NCBI GenBank assembly: GCA_013265495.1
Contig: MU058463.1
Span: forward strand, 2,627,523-2,691,522
From: Vicugna vicugna
Lineage: Eukaryota
DNA length: 64,000 bases
Direction: 5' to 3'
Under the pieces are notes generated by a model, which was not told the DNA's origin, did no database searches, and saw only the letters and a program-made list of their open reading frames with translations. The position numbers and the translations under genes were made by a program. Positions 24,290-37,230 of the stretch are shown here, piece by piece; position 1 is the first letter of the stretch; each line of letters starts with the position of its first letter.

Positions 24290-25070
24290 TTGTCTTAAAA
24301 ACCAACCTCCCTCCATTCTGAGATCAAGCCAGTCCTCTGACCCTTCCCCTCTGACTCACACCAATTCCCGCGGCTGGAATGCCTTCAGGATGCATCAGCA
24401 GGTGGGCTGTTTCTCGTACTTCCACTCTGGCACTTAGTTCACAGCACCTCCTTCTGTCTCCAGGGTCACCACGCAGCCTCCTGACTAGCCTCCTTCCTTA
24501 TGCCTTTGACCACCGCTAATATCTCATAAAGTCAAATCACACAACAGCCAGAGTGAATGCATAAAGCAAAGTAGCTGACATGACCCTCTTGCTATAACCC
24601 TTCAAAGGCTTGCTGTTTCAATCAGGACTCTGGCCTCCTGTATCTCACCCCCTGATTTGACCCTCCCCAGCCCTTCTCCAACCTGTTTCCCTCTCCTCCC
24701 CTCCTCCTCCTCCTCCTCCACACTGTCCTTCTTGCCATCTCTTACAATTGACAGCTCATTCCTGCCCCAGGACTCCTGCACTTGCTTTTCTCTCTGCTCA
24801 AGTCTCCACACCCCGTCTCCATCTCATACAGGTCAAGCTCAAAAGTCGCCTCCTTGACCCTCTGTGTAAAATGGCCCTCCCCACCTCCATCACCATCTTT
24901 GCCTTCACCCTGCTCTGCTTGTTCACAGCACTTATCCCACTAGACCAGCCACGCTAGACCAGAACTGCTCAAAACAGGCCCTTAACACTATCCTGTCCGC
25001 CTATTAGATCTATAACACGTAAAACCGTGCCTACCACATAACAGATACTCAGTGAATACTTGTCAGGTTT
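24290..25070 (+). mobile_element. LINE-2 3' region
   Basis: Pyrimidine-rich L2 body ending 'cacataacagatactcagtgaatacttgt'. Confidence 0.7.
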
Positions 25071-25979
25071 GCTAATTATCAGCATGAAAGCTAGAATCTT
25101 GCAGCGTAGTGGGAGTCAGGGAGGGAATGGGGCCGATATCACATGCCCATGATGAGAAGAATAGAGGAGGACTTGACCATTTGGGGAGAAAGGCTGAACT
25201 ATGACACACTAAGAATTGTTGCTGTGTTAAATTTTTTTCATAGAACTCTACATTAAAATATGCTGTATATTTGGTTTTAGAGTTGAAGGTCAATGTGACC
25301 CACCAGTAGGGTTGTAGGTCTCATTTGCGTCATCCTCAGTTTTGCAAGGAGAATGTTGCACTCTTAGAAGATAAATGTAAGTAGCTTCAGCAGCAGTAAT
25401 TAGGTATATTTTTCACTTTCTGTGGTCCACATCTGGAAGGGTTCCTAGGCATGTGAAATTAGTACCGGGGAAAAATGTAAATATATAGCCAATGCGATGA
25501 ACTTCACAAAACAAATTTTTGCTTTACTCAGCATTTCATTATTTTAACTGACTCTACATATCACAACAGGAAATTTCCAAAATTTATCATGCCTTTCCTG
25601 TGTTTTAGAGAAAAAACCTGGGAATTTAGCTAATATAAGAAGGCAGATCTTGGCAATTAGAATGTCATGAGAAAAATGAAGAAGTTGAGCTAAGACTTGT
25701 GGCTAAGTGGCCGTGGCGTCTACATTTTTTGAAATGTCCAGATTTAACTGGATGCCCTGGAAGGACTCTTCAAGCTCTTTCACTCTCCAGGTGTGTGAAA
25801 GTTCTGCAAGGGGGTGTGGGGACAGGCCACTGCTTTCCCACTGACATTAGGCAGATGTCCATCAGATCGGCTTGATGAGGAAGTCAAAGTGACTGTCTTT
25901 AGTGTCATTAATAAAGGGATTATTGACTGTGCCAGGCCTGGAGACACACAGATGAACCATACACAGCCCTGAGTGTAAG

Positions 25980-26150
25980 CCTGAGGCTCTCTGAGTGTGG
26001 TCCCCAGACCAGCAGCCTCAAGGCAAATTCTTGGCTCCCACAGCAGACCAACCAAATCAGAAACTCTAAGGATGCAGCCCAGCAGTCAGTTTTGACAAGC
26101 CTTCTGGGTGTATGCCCTTTCGGATGTATGCTGGGATTTGAGGGTATTGA
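25980..26150. mobile_element. MER5A-like hAT DNA transposon
   Basis: 'gtgtggtccccagaccagcagcctca...aatcagaaactct...cccagcagtcagttttgacaagcc'. Confidence 0.8.
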
Positions 26151-26864
26151 TGTAAGTGAATCTTAACAAAGTACTAAAAGAATACAGAGAAGAAAGGGTT
26201 GTCTGGGACTTTTGGACCTTGTCTCATGAACAGGAGTTCAGACAAACTCGGGGAGGTGGGAATGGCCAGACGGAGTCCAGCACTCACGTGGCTGGGTGGG
26301 CTCGAGTAGCGGGGTACATACGCTCGCAGGCATCCTTCCTCCTCTCGGCTCCATGGAGCTGACCCATGATTCTGGTGATGAAGAGGACTGAGCAACAATG
26401 AAGAAGGAAGAGTGAAAAACAGTGCCTGTAAACTGTCAGCCTTCGGGGCAATCTGTGCTTGCAGATGGGCTGCATTTGACTGACGCAGTGTTACAAAAAT
26501 GTTTGACCCAGTATTTAATAATGAGTAACTCGGACTTAAAAAAAAACTACTTTTGGCCTTTCTTAAAGAAATGGACACTTTGGCCACACTTTTACACAAC
26601 TATTTGCTGATGCGGTGGCAGCTGCTACTTTTTCTCTGTTTCCTCACAGTCGCCACCACTCCCCTTCACATCCCCAGTAATCCTCACCCTTAGATGGCTC
26701 TTCATAAAGAAATTGCTTTCACGTTTCAATCAAAGATGAGACAATGAAAGAAAGACCAGGAATGCTACTTTTTTTCAAAACAAGTTGGAATAAGCATTAT
26801 TTGGGGGAAGAGAGTATTTGTACATGTTTGGTGATAATTGCAAAGAAGCTTATAAACAAAATTT

Positions 26865-27095
26865 GTGGAAGTGGGTAAATGAGGAGTTTGAGATTAACAG
26901 ATACACACAACTATATATAAAATAAAGAACAAGGCTACTGTATAGCATAATGAACTATATTCAATATCTTACAATAATCTATAATGGAAAAAATCTGAAA
27001 AATAATACACACATGTGTGTATAAATGAATCACTTTGCTGTACACCTGAAACTAACACAACACAGTAAATCAACTATACTTCAATAAAAAATTAA
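26865..27095 (+). mobile_element. Young LINE-1 3' UTR fragment
   Basis: 'ggagtttgagattaacagatacacacaactatatataaaata...gctgtacacctgaaactaacacaac...aatcaactatacttcaataaaaa'. Confidence 0.9.
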
Positions 27096-27674
27096 TAGGA
27101 GTGAAAAAGAAAAAGCGATAAATTCTGTTTTGTCAAGACTTCACAAATGAGACCTGTTTCTTCACCAACAGAACAGGGTACTAAAGAATGAATAGGAGTT
27201 TTCCAGATGAAAATTAACCCCTTTAACAGTCATCTTTCAATCAAATATGGGGTCAATTTATTATTTTTGAAGTATGTGCCTTTTTTTCTGTAATTAAAAT
27301 AAACTGATAATCTCTCATCATGGGGCCACAATTCATACGGCCATGTTGTTCAAGGCTATGTTTTAATTACCCTAGCCTGAGGGCCTCCATGAGCCCAGGG
27401 GTACCAGGAAGTCCTTTTTAATAAGGAGTTAATGCTCAGGGCTCAGTGCAAATCCATAGCCACGCTCATCTGAAAATGAGGAGTGGAGATGCATTCCATA
27501 AATCAAAAGCCTGAGGACAAATAGTTAACCCACTATGTTCTGAGCTTCTCCGTGCTTCCTTGAGGGGGTTCATTACGAGTGAAGACTTTGCCAGGTCACT
27601 GAAATATTTAAAGGCGGAAAGGAAAAGGCATCAGAAGCTGAACCTTGTGTGCATGTATCTGTGTGTTTTTCCAG

Positions 27675-27890
27675 CCAGTGCACTGTGGACAAAGGCTTGG
27701 GCAAGGTCGCCTTCCTCCAGCGTCCCGCTGGCCGCCTCCACAGAAGCAGAAGTAGCAGACACTCCCACCATTCGTCCAGCAGTGGCTCGCTGTCCTGCGG
27801 TGGGGGTGGCAGTTCAGGTCCAGGTGGAGCAGATTCCTCACGAGGGTGTCCAGTGGTGGGTCCCGACGGCCTGGGCCAAGCGCAGCACAG
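27675..27890 (+). other. Candidate internal exon, 216 nt, unassigned gene
   Basis: Acceptor 'gtgtgtttttccag|', consensus donor 'CAG|gtgagt', length divisible by 3, GC/CpG-rich, two stop-free frames. No recognised homolog. Confidence 0.35.
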
Positions 27891-29799
27891 GTGAGTGACT
27901 TGGAGTACACCTGCTGGAGGGACCCCGTGCCAGGGACGTGCTCCCAGCACCACTCAGCCTGGTCTGTTTGTGCTTGTCGTCGTGTGCTTTGCGACCAGAC
28001 AGGGAGAGGGTAATGGCGTCCCCTCATAGCTGGAGGCCTGGAAAGAGGATGTAAGTGTGATTACTGCTGACAGCTAATGGGGCATCGCCGTCAGAGCCAG
28101 GAGTGGAGATGCTGCTTTTGGATGTCAGCTACTTTGGTTCCCATCCCAGAAAATTTCTCACAGGGAACTGATTGATCGTTCAAACCAAATGGCTTAACCA
28201 GCCAAGTTGCTTTTACCTCTTCCATTTTAGATCTTCATCCTTAAGCCACAAAGACAGATGGCAGTTTAGAGGTGAAGTGTTTGCTGGGCCACAGAAAAGA
28301 GCAGAGTGAAGGCTCACATGTCTCTGCCATCACCTTGTCTTCTGCAGAGAGAGCAGGGACTGGCAGGGGAGGTGCAGGGAAAAGTGAAGGCTGTCACCTG
28401 CAATTTGCCTGCATCTGAATACACACTGGTTCACACAGACGCAGCTCAAAGTGCTTCCCGAGATATGCCCACTAACTCATTGTGATGGCATCAACACTTC
28501 ATACTGTCAATGGAGATCACTAGGCATAGATCGAGAAGAATATAAGAATGAAAGTAAAATTTTAAATAAGAAATGATGTGGCCCCGCTCGGCTGCAACCC
28601 CACCTTCTTACACTTTCCCTCCTGCGCGGAGCCTATTCATGCTTCTCTTGCGCTCCTGTGGACTGGAAATCCTGACACAGCTCCACACTTCAGCCTCTGT
28701 TTAGCCATTCGGTTCAGCCTAAGCTCCAGGAACTTTTCCCTGAGTAGCTGCAATTTGCTGCAATTATTATATTATAATGATCTATATAGTTTGTAACTGA
28801 CTCCTCAACTGTGAGCTCCCTTTTAAAAAAAATAATATTTATTGAACATTTATGTGCCAAGCAGTATTCCAAGTACAAAGTATACAGATATAAAGAGAAG
28901 CACCAAACAAGTAGACCAATGTAGGAATTGATCATTTTAAATATCTGTAAGTGCTATGCTCCAGACCCCAGTCACTGCAGAGGGGGAACAGAGGCCCAGG
29001 AGGCTTCCGAGCAAGCTGAGAAGTGTCTCCCATCAGGTAAGAGCATCTTAGAAAGGGAAGTTCCAAAAAGGAAGCAGTGCTCAATTTTATCAGCTGCAAG
29101 GCCACTCATCCACTTGGTCAAGGGGAAATCACAGGGCTCTATTTCGATGGAATGGTGGGAACCAGGACTTTCCTGGAGGGGGTGCAGAAATAGACCAGAA
29201 AGCATCCTGTTTTGTTCGTCTTCATACCATTTTCGTATCTCCAGGGTCTAGAGCATAGTAGGTGCTTAATAATTGTTGTTTGAATTTCTGAATTTTCTGG
29301 TTCTCTGCTCAAATCCATGTGGGTTTGAGCTTTATTTTTGGATCCCCCAATCATATCCTGTATGAGCATCTTTCATGGCAATGACGCTTTGCTGCATTAA
29401 TTTATTTTCAGGGATACCCCCGCCCCTTTCCAGACCACACATTCCCTGAGGGAAGGGGTTTCATCATTTTCATTTCTGTGTGCTGAGAACCCAACACTGT
29501 TTCTAATAAATATTGAGTGGATGAGTATTTATCAGATAACAATAATATTTGCCTCATTTCTTTTTCTACCATTTAGCTAAAATTTTCAGGCCGTACTCAA
29601 GTTTCTCTTCAGGTCATATAAATCTTTCACCTTTTAAAATTTTGAGGCCAAACTGAAAAGTCTAAGCAGAGTTTACCTAGAAAGGAGATTTTAAACAGAA
29701 CCAGGCCTTGGACCATACATTCTGTGAAAGCCATGAAAGAGCAAAGTTTAGACATCTTGCTTCTAGGATGCAAATTTATCAACTGATGTTTGTCATCAT

Positions 29800-30400
29800 A
29801 AAAATAGTAGCGAAGATTTATTAAATGCTTGTTGTTTGGTAGATACTGTGCTAAACAATATACTTACATACATGAACTTGTTCAACTTTCAGAACAATCT
29901 TATTAGGTAAGTGACATTATTATTCCCATTCTACAGATGAGAAAACAAAGACTTAGAGAAAATTCAGATGTGCCAGAAGTATCACAGATTTAGATCCACG
30001 TGTGACTTGAGAACCTGATCATTTGCCACTGAGACCTTCTGCATTAAGTGCCACTTTGAGATGTGATTTTTTTAACGATGTGGGTGGCGGAAATCTTCAC
30101 TCGAGTCCCTATTCAAACTGTAATGAACTTGGGTTTTATTGTTGAAAGATCATAATTCCAACAACAAGGAAAGAATTCTCAGTTACTGTGAACTTACTGA
30201 ATCCAGCACACTGTGCTAGGCGCTTATATTTCTTACCTCAAAGCCTTGGAGGATAAATACATTACTCCACCTTGGAGGGGGAAAATGAGGCTCTGGGAAG
30301 TCATGCACGTTATCCAAAATCACAGAGATAACTAGTGGAGAGGAGAGGATTTTCATCTATGTCTTTCAGACCCCCAAATCCAAGGTGTTTCCACCTGCCA
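29800..30400. mobile_element. Two MIR SINE fragments (~29800-30030, ~30190-30400)
   Basis: 'attattcccattctacagatgagaaaacaaagacttagag' and 'gaaaatgaggctctgggaagtcatgcacgttatccaaaatcacagag'. Confidence 0.75.
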
Positions 30401-30510
30401 CATTATCTTCCCTTGCATTCAAATATAGCAGTACCACAAGCACCAAAACCCAACAGGAATGAAACAAAATCCAACACTTTCTTAACTTGCATAAAAAATA
30501 GCACCAAACA

Positions 30511-31110
30511 TGGGAATGTAAATTGGTGCAGCCACTATGGAAAACAGTATGGAAGTTCCTTAAAAAACTAAAAATGGAGCTATCATATAATCCAGCAATC
30601 CCACTCTTGGCATATATCCAGAAAAGATGAAAAGTCTAGTGTGAAAAGATACACACACCCCAATGTTCACAGCAGCACTATTTACCACAGCTAAGACATG
30701 AAAGCAACCCAAGTGTCCATCAACAGACGACTGGTTTAAGAAGATGTGGTCAATATATACCGTGAAATATTGCTCAGCCATAAAAAAGAATGAAGTCATG
30801 CCATTTGCAGCAACATGGTTGGACCTAGAGAATATTACACTTTGTAAGTCAGAGAAAGACAAATATATAATGTTGCTTATATGTGGAATCTGAAAAATAA
30901 TACAAATAATCTATAGACAAATAGAAACAGACTTACAGACACAGAAAACAAACTTATGGTTACCAAAGGAGAAAGGGGGAGGGGATAAATTAGGAGTATG
31001 AGACTAACAGATAAGCCACAGGGATTTAATGTGTAGCATAGGGAATTATATTCAATGTCTTGTAATAACCTATAATGGAAAATAATCTGAAACATATATA
31101 TATATGTATA

Positions 31111-31173
<63 letters not shown>

Positions 31174-31180
31174 CTGAAAA
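30511..31180 (+). mobile_element. LINE-1 3' fragment (ORF2 end + partial 3' UTR)
   Basis: 'tgggaatgtaaattggtgcagccactatggaaaacagtatgga...'; TSD aaaaaatagcacca at ~30493-30506 and ~31179-31192. Confidence 0.95.
31094..31168. repeat. Compound (TA)n(TG)n(TA)n microsatellite within L1 3' UTR
   Basis: Directly visible alternating purine-pyrimidine run. Confidence 0.95.
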
Positions 31181-31339
31181 AAAATAGCACCAGATAGAAG
31201 TAAGGACTTGCCCATTAAAGAGATCCAAAGATTATTTTTAAGAAATTTCTTCTGCAAAGGTATTCAGGGTACCTGAGGTCATAAAATCCAGAAACAACCT
31301 AGAAAAGTTGTTTTGCCTACATAAGGCACTCTCCCTCCC

Positions 31340-31900
31340 TCCCTCCCTCTCTCGGTGACAGCCAGCTAGGTTTGTTTATTTATTTTCCATGTCTTGGATG
31401 CCTTGCACCAGCCGCCCAGCACTGACTCAGCGGAGCTGGCCCTGCGCTTGGGCCCAGTTCCCGGCAGCTGCCGCAGCTCTGCGCTGCCTGCCGCGCGGGG
31501 CCAGCTGTCTGCGCCCGCATCACACCGCAGTAATGCGAACAACTGGAAGCAATAATGTGTCTCCCCATTTGCCTAACAATACCAACATGGACAATAACTC
31601 AGAAGGCTGAAGATTTGTGCTGTAATTTAATAAACCCCATGCACATTTCTACAATTGAGTATCACATCTGTGCAATGGATCCTAGAAGTGTAATATTCTT
31701 TTATAAGGGACCATTAACCAATCTTAGGTTTATAGGTTTCCTTAAATCTTTTTCATCAGCTGTTAAACTACAGTAAAGAGAAAATTGCCTCTTATGAGAC
31801 AAGGGATAGTAAAATACAAAGACTGTGATTAAACGTCAATCAATTAAGGATTATAATATAATAAAATGCTGACTGATGATTAAAATGAGCACATTCTTGG
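31340..31900. promoter_or_regulatory. Candidate enhancer with CpG-rich core
   Basis: GC/CpG-rich 31400-31540; TGACAG (31356), TGTTTAT (31373), TGACTCAGC (31423), CAGCTG (31465, 31502), followed by TAAT-rich unique sequence. Confidence 0.4.
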
Positions 31901-34099
31901 AGACTTGTTTAAGCAATGTTAAGAATTATTTTTAAAACAGTAGAATAAACTTCAATTAGATCACATTATATATGAGTCCTTGCCCTGTAAGAAAAAAAAA
32001 TTTTATAAAAATTATTCCTCAGATAACAAAGAGCCCAATACTGGCATTGAACTTCTATGCTAAAAAGTATTTTTTTTAGCTTCTCATTTTACTATTCCCC
32101 AGTATCCAGAATTTTAAATCCTTGTCTGAACAGAATAAGTAGTGGCATTTTTGTTTCAGCTAGTTTTCCACCAGCCTGCAGCTGGGCAACAGTTTATGGA
32201 AATGGGTTGTGTAGTAAAACCACCAAACAAACAAACAACATTGCAATTGAGGTAACAAAACACTGACTAGAACTTAGGGCCCTGGAAAGGAGCTCTGGGA
32301 CGGTTGGTAAAACTTTGCAATCTAAGCCTTCTGGAAACGGTCCCTTACAGAACTCCTTCCTCTGAGGGTCAGAGCACACTCTGTCTGGGAAGAGATAGCC
32401 TGCTACTGAAGGGTTGCAAATAATCCAAAGTGATCCATTTATTAATTTCTGCCTTCCATTAGCCATACATCTTTAACCATCAGCTTTTCCACTTGGACCA
32501 GAGTTATGATGGAAGGCCCAGGCTAATTACATCAGGTTTGGCAGCCTAACCTACCAAGAAAGACTCAGAGAGGTTTCTTTCTTTTTCCTCTCGCTGTCAT
32601 ACTTTTTCTCCGAGTATGTGATTGGCAAGAGGCCATGTTTTCTGTGTTGAGATGCTTCCTTGCTCAGACCTTCTCTTCCACATTGCCTCTGCAAAGCAAT
32701 TTTCCTGCTACATTGCTTGGACCTGGTCCTTGTGGAGCTCCAAGGGCATTCAGACTCCTGCCAGTTTGCAGGGAGCATTTTGAAGCTTGTTGCAACAGCT
32801 GGCTTATATGAGCCTTGAAGGAAAAGCTTGACGACACGTGGCAGCGCATTTGAAGCGCTAAAGCAGCTGGCAGAGTAAGCAGAGACTGAAAGGTGTGGAG
32901 TAACTCACGGCTTTGCTAGAAACTGTGCTGGAGGAGCCTTGCATAGCAGATGAAAGCATAATTAATGGATAGACCCCAGTGCAGCCTGGTTTCTGCCCTT
33001 ACCACCCTATGGAAACTACGCTGGTGAAGGTCACTGATGACTTTCTAATTATTCAATTCAACGGATGCTTTTCAGTCAATGTTTTCCCAGGCATCTCTGC
33101 TGGACTTGGCAGGAGGGTTGAGTGATGAGCAGAAACTCACACGTTCACTAAGTTACAAAGCTGGAATTTGAAACAGGTAGGTTTAACCCCAAACTCAAGA
33201 TCTTCCTATTGGTTGCCTCCCAATACTTCACAGATCTTATAAAGAAAGAGTGAAGGGGAGAAAATGATGGATTGACCGTGTATTCTTATTTTCTTTCCTT
33301 TGTAGCACAGATCTAACATGACAATAATGGTATCATAAGAAGGTCTAGAACCACAAAGACAAAGAGAATGGGAGACACGGCAAGGAAGGACAAGAAAGTT
33401 TTGAGAGACAGAAAGAGGCAAATACATAGTGCGTACGAGGATCAGAAGAAAACCTTTTTAAAAAATCCATGACTACTAGCTAAGAGAGATAAACATACAT
33501 ACATACCGCAAGAACAGAAAAAAGCAAACTGAGTTGCCTGGCAGAACAGACCCTGAGGTCATCAAGTCCCAAAGGAAGTGAAGGTTAAGACTTGGGTGAA
33601 AAAAATCAAAATTGATTAGAAACCTCTAGACAGAAGAGTTGCTGCCTGGGATCACCGCTCCTCCCTCTAAAACAAAGCTGCCGCTCTCCAGCATCCCAAG
33701 AGGGAAATAGAAAGTTTGATTACTGAACAAATCCAACCAGGATAAACTTTAAATTTGGGGCACAGAGATGGGTGGAGTGAAGATGGGAGCTGAATAAATG
33801 AGGAGTAAGTGGAACTCTGCACAACCAAGAATGGAATTCCCAGCCTCTTTTCCTTTTTCTCCAGTCCCGTTTCCAGAAGCCCAGGACCACAGGCATACAG
33901 CGTGCTTTCCCCATTGCCCCTTGTTCCTAGATTTTTCTTGGAGAGTCTGAAATGCCACAAAGACAGTGCTTCTAGATACTGACATGTAGGAATTCTCTAC
34001 GTGAGAAAGTCAGTTTGCTGTCTAGTCACCACATAGTGACATTAATAAGACTCACTCATGCCAGCAGAGCTTCCGGTCAGCTCAGTAGTGCTGCCTGTT

Positions 34100-35545
34100 A
34101 ATTATGAACAAATGGCTTCTAACCCCTTCAAAATGAAAAGGCAAAAAACCTGAACTAATACAAATTAATAACAAATAAATAGAACAGGAAAATCTTGAGA
34201 AGAAACTTCAATTAATGTTCTTACAGAGATAAGAATATATTGTACTCATGAAATGAAATGCCCAGATAACTAGAAAGAGCTCTTGGAAATTAAAAATCAA
34301 ATAGCCCAAATGCAAAAGGCACTAGAAGAGTTAGAAGATAAACGTAAGAATTTCACTGAGAGTGTATAAAAAAGAAAATATATGGAAATATGAGAAACTA
34401 GTTAAGAAAATGAGAAAGTTGGTAGCAAGTAACACCGAGGAGGTCCAGAATAAGCAAAATCAAAAACATGGGGGAAGAGAAATTGCCGAATAAATAATAA
34501 AAAATTTTTCATCAGAACTGTTACACATGAGTTTCTAAATTGAAAGAATCCACCAACACTCCAACACAAAACACGAAAACAGACAAGCATACAAACCTAA
34601 CCTAGGCCCATCACCACGGGTACTGTCGAACCCTGGGGATAAGAATGATATTTCAAGTGTCGAGAGAGGGAGTCAGAATCATAGAAAAAGAATCAAGAAC
34701 CACAATCCATCAGACTTTTCAATAGTAACACAGGGAAATAGTAGACCAAAGAACAATGGTTTCAAAATTCTGATGGAAAACGACTCCCAAATTAGAATCT
34801 TCAAGCCAATCAAGTCTGAGAGTAAACAAAAGATGATTTGAAATGTAACAGGATTTTCTCAGTTAGACGCTGGATCATGTGCTCCAGCAAAGTGAAGAAA
34901 TAAATCAGGCTCGAACACCAAGAATGTGAATCAGGATGTTTCCAGACTAAAGCGATGGCTTTGCAGCAATGCCTGAAATCAACCACAGAGCACAGGGCTG
35001 GGAGGATGTGGTCTCCAAGGGGAAAGGTGGAAATGATCCATTGTCTATTTGACTCTTTTGAGAGCATGTTAATAGGCATTAGAAAGATATATTGGCACCC
35101 CTGATCAAAATAAGCAAGTGCTGTCTTTATAGAAAAATAAGAAAATTTAAAAAATGAGGTACCTGTTACTCAAGAAAAAATGAAAGTTAAACTAGAAAAA
35201 AATTTTATCGAAGTATACTCCTTGGCTCTTGGAAATGAACAGTATTTATATTTCATAATAATTTAAACATTGCCTATGGATTTTTAAAAAATGCTTGTGA
35301 AAGACAGAAGTCAAAAAATTCTTCATCTACCAGAACAAGAAATTAAGCAGAGAATGTTTGATAAATCAAGTACTAGCAACAGGAGGATAAATGATAAACA
35401 CTTAAGAGGGCTAACTGCGGTGGCCTCTGGGGCATGATGAAAATCATGGCAGGGGGTCGGTCTCATGTTAGTCTTCTGGTATCCTATGATTAAAAAGAAA
35501 ACTAAATACATAGGTTATTTTTATATAAATAATAAAAAATTAAAT
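34100..35545 (+). mobile_element. Ancient HAL1 / L1M ORF1-derived element
   Basis: 'agaaagagctcttggaaattaaaaa...gttagaagataaa', 'catcagacttttcaatagtaacac...ttcaaaattctga' ORF1-like; ends A-rich at ~35540 with no visible ORF2. Confidence 0.65.
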
Positions 35546-35964
35546 TTTTGGACTTTGGAAAAATGCCCGTGATCTGTAGGTGATCTTGCTCTGTCCTCCC
35601 TGGCTGCACAGGGGCTGGCCGTCTCTGGCTGGGAATCTCTAAGCTTCGGGAGTAAATATTTTGGTCACTCGCCACTGGGAATTTGGCCCCTTTGATAGTT
35701 ATTTTGCAATAGTCAGTGTTCAAGCTGTATGTATGTGCACCTCTGGGTACATATATAGAGGTTAGTGGCCGACCCGTTTTGAGGACCAAGGAGAAAAGAG
35801 GAGCATTAGGTGCTGCCAGGACTTCAAGTTTAGGGACTGGGCTTTGACCATTTTGACCAATTCTGTGTTATTCAATGTGAATATAGTAGGATCACTCATA
35901 TCTGTAGTGTTTCTTTAGTTGTTTCAGAACAGAGGGAAATGAGTGAGATGTGTTGTTTTCAAAC

Positions 35965-36210
35965 CTCTTATTATTTTGAAATGCAACACACACAAAGAAA
36001 AGTGTATCAGCTGTAAAGAATATCTTGAATATTACAAGGTGACTCTCAGAGGAAGCACCAGCCAAGTCAAGAAACAGAACACTGCCAGCCACCCTAGGAG
36101 CCTCTGCTTTCACCCCGCTAGTCATCTCCCTCTTTCTAAACACGACTGCTATCCTGATTTCACGGAAATTTTCTTCTTGCTTTTCTTCATGGTTTTAGCA
36201 CTGAGGTGTG
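35965..36210 (-). mobile_element. Ancient L1M 3' terminal fragment
   Basis: 'caccagccaagtcaagaaacagaacactgccagc...actgctatcctgattt' typical antisense L1ME end. Confidence 0.7.
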
Positions 36211-36348
36211 GATTCAACTGCATTAAGTTCACGCTTAATTTGGAGTTGAAGCAAACTGGAGATTAAGCTCAATGGAGTCAGGGTGGGGTCTGGCTGGGAT
36301 GGGGAGGAAACTGAAGGACTTCACATACAGACCGTAAGCCCTGTAGAG

Positions 36349-36567
36349 CAGGATTGCCAGACCTCAGAACTATGGATATTCCGAGCTGGAGGATCCTTCG
36401 TGGTGGGGAGCTGTGCTACGCGTTGTGGGATATTTAGCTGTACCCCTGGTCTCTACCCACTAGACGCCAGTAGCACCCTCGTTCCAGTTGTAACAACCAA
36501 AATGTCTGAAGATATTTTCAAATAACCCCTAGGAAGTGGGCAAAAGCATCCTTAGTTGGGAACACTG
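36349..36567. mobile_element. MER20 hAT DNA transposon
   Basis: 'cctggtctctacccactagacgccagtagcacc...ccagttgtaacaaccaaaatgtct'; CAG...CTG termini; diverged 8-bp TSD ctgtagag / ctttagac. Confidence 0.9.
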
Positions 36568-36999
36568 CTTTAGACTAATTTAAGGACTACCAGCTCTTTT
36601 AGGTGTTCTACTGCTGTCTTAACCAAAAGGTGGAGAAGTCAGCCCGGAAGTTCTAAACTCCACAATCCAGCCAGAAGCAGCAAACTCAGTTCACAATTAG
36701 CCAGGTTCAGTGGCCTGAAGGCCAGCTCCCAGTGTCCCAGGTGGCAAGCCTCCCTTTGGCTGAAATGATAGAAGACTCAGCAGCGTGTTCGAGTCAGTGA
36801 ATTAGAAGTGGTTCCATTGATTTCTTTCCCCGCCTCCTCTTTTCATATTTTGAACCTTTAAAAACTGCCAGCTTATGGAAGGGCCATATGGTAGCAAAGA
36901 ACTTCCATATCAAATGTAATATATAGCCATACACCTGTTTATAAGCACCTACTATGTAAACTGTAATAAAATCCATCTTACATAAAGTGACATGTAAAT

Positions 37000-37230
37000 G
37001 TTAGAGGCTATGATCTAAAACCAGGGTGATCAAGAGTTCCAAGTCTGATATTCACCTCTGCTCCACCGTGTGCAAGTTCCTTAATCTCTCCGAGCTTCAC
37101 TTTCCTCATTCATAGCATGAAACTCACTAAGAACACATCTAACTAAGGATGGTTTTTTGATCCAATGAGATGAGAAATGCAAAATTGTATTATAGACAGT
37201 GAAGCACACTAAGAATGTATTACATTATTC
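37000..37230. mobile_element. MIR SINE fragment
   Basis: 'gcaagttccttaatctctccgagcttcactttcctcattcatagcatg'. Confidence 0.7.

Noticed and set aside
26174..26599. 141-aa ORF
   Set aside because: No recognisable domain or clear splice boundaries.
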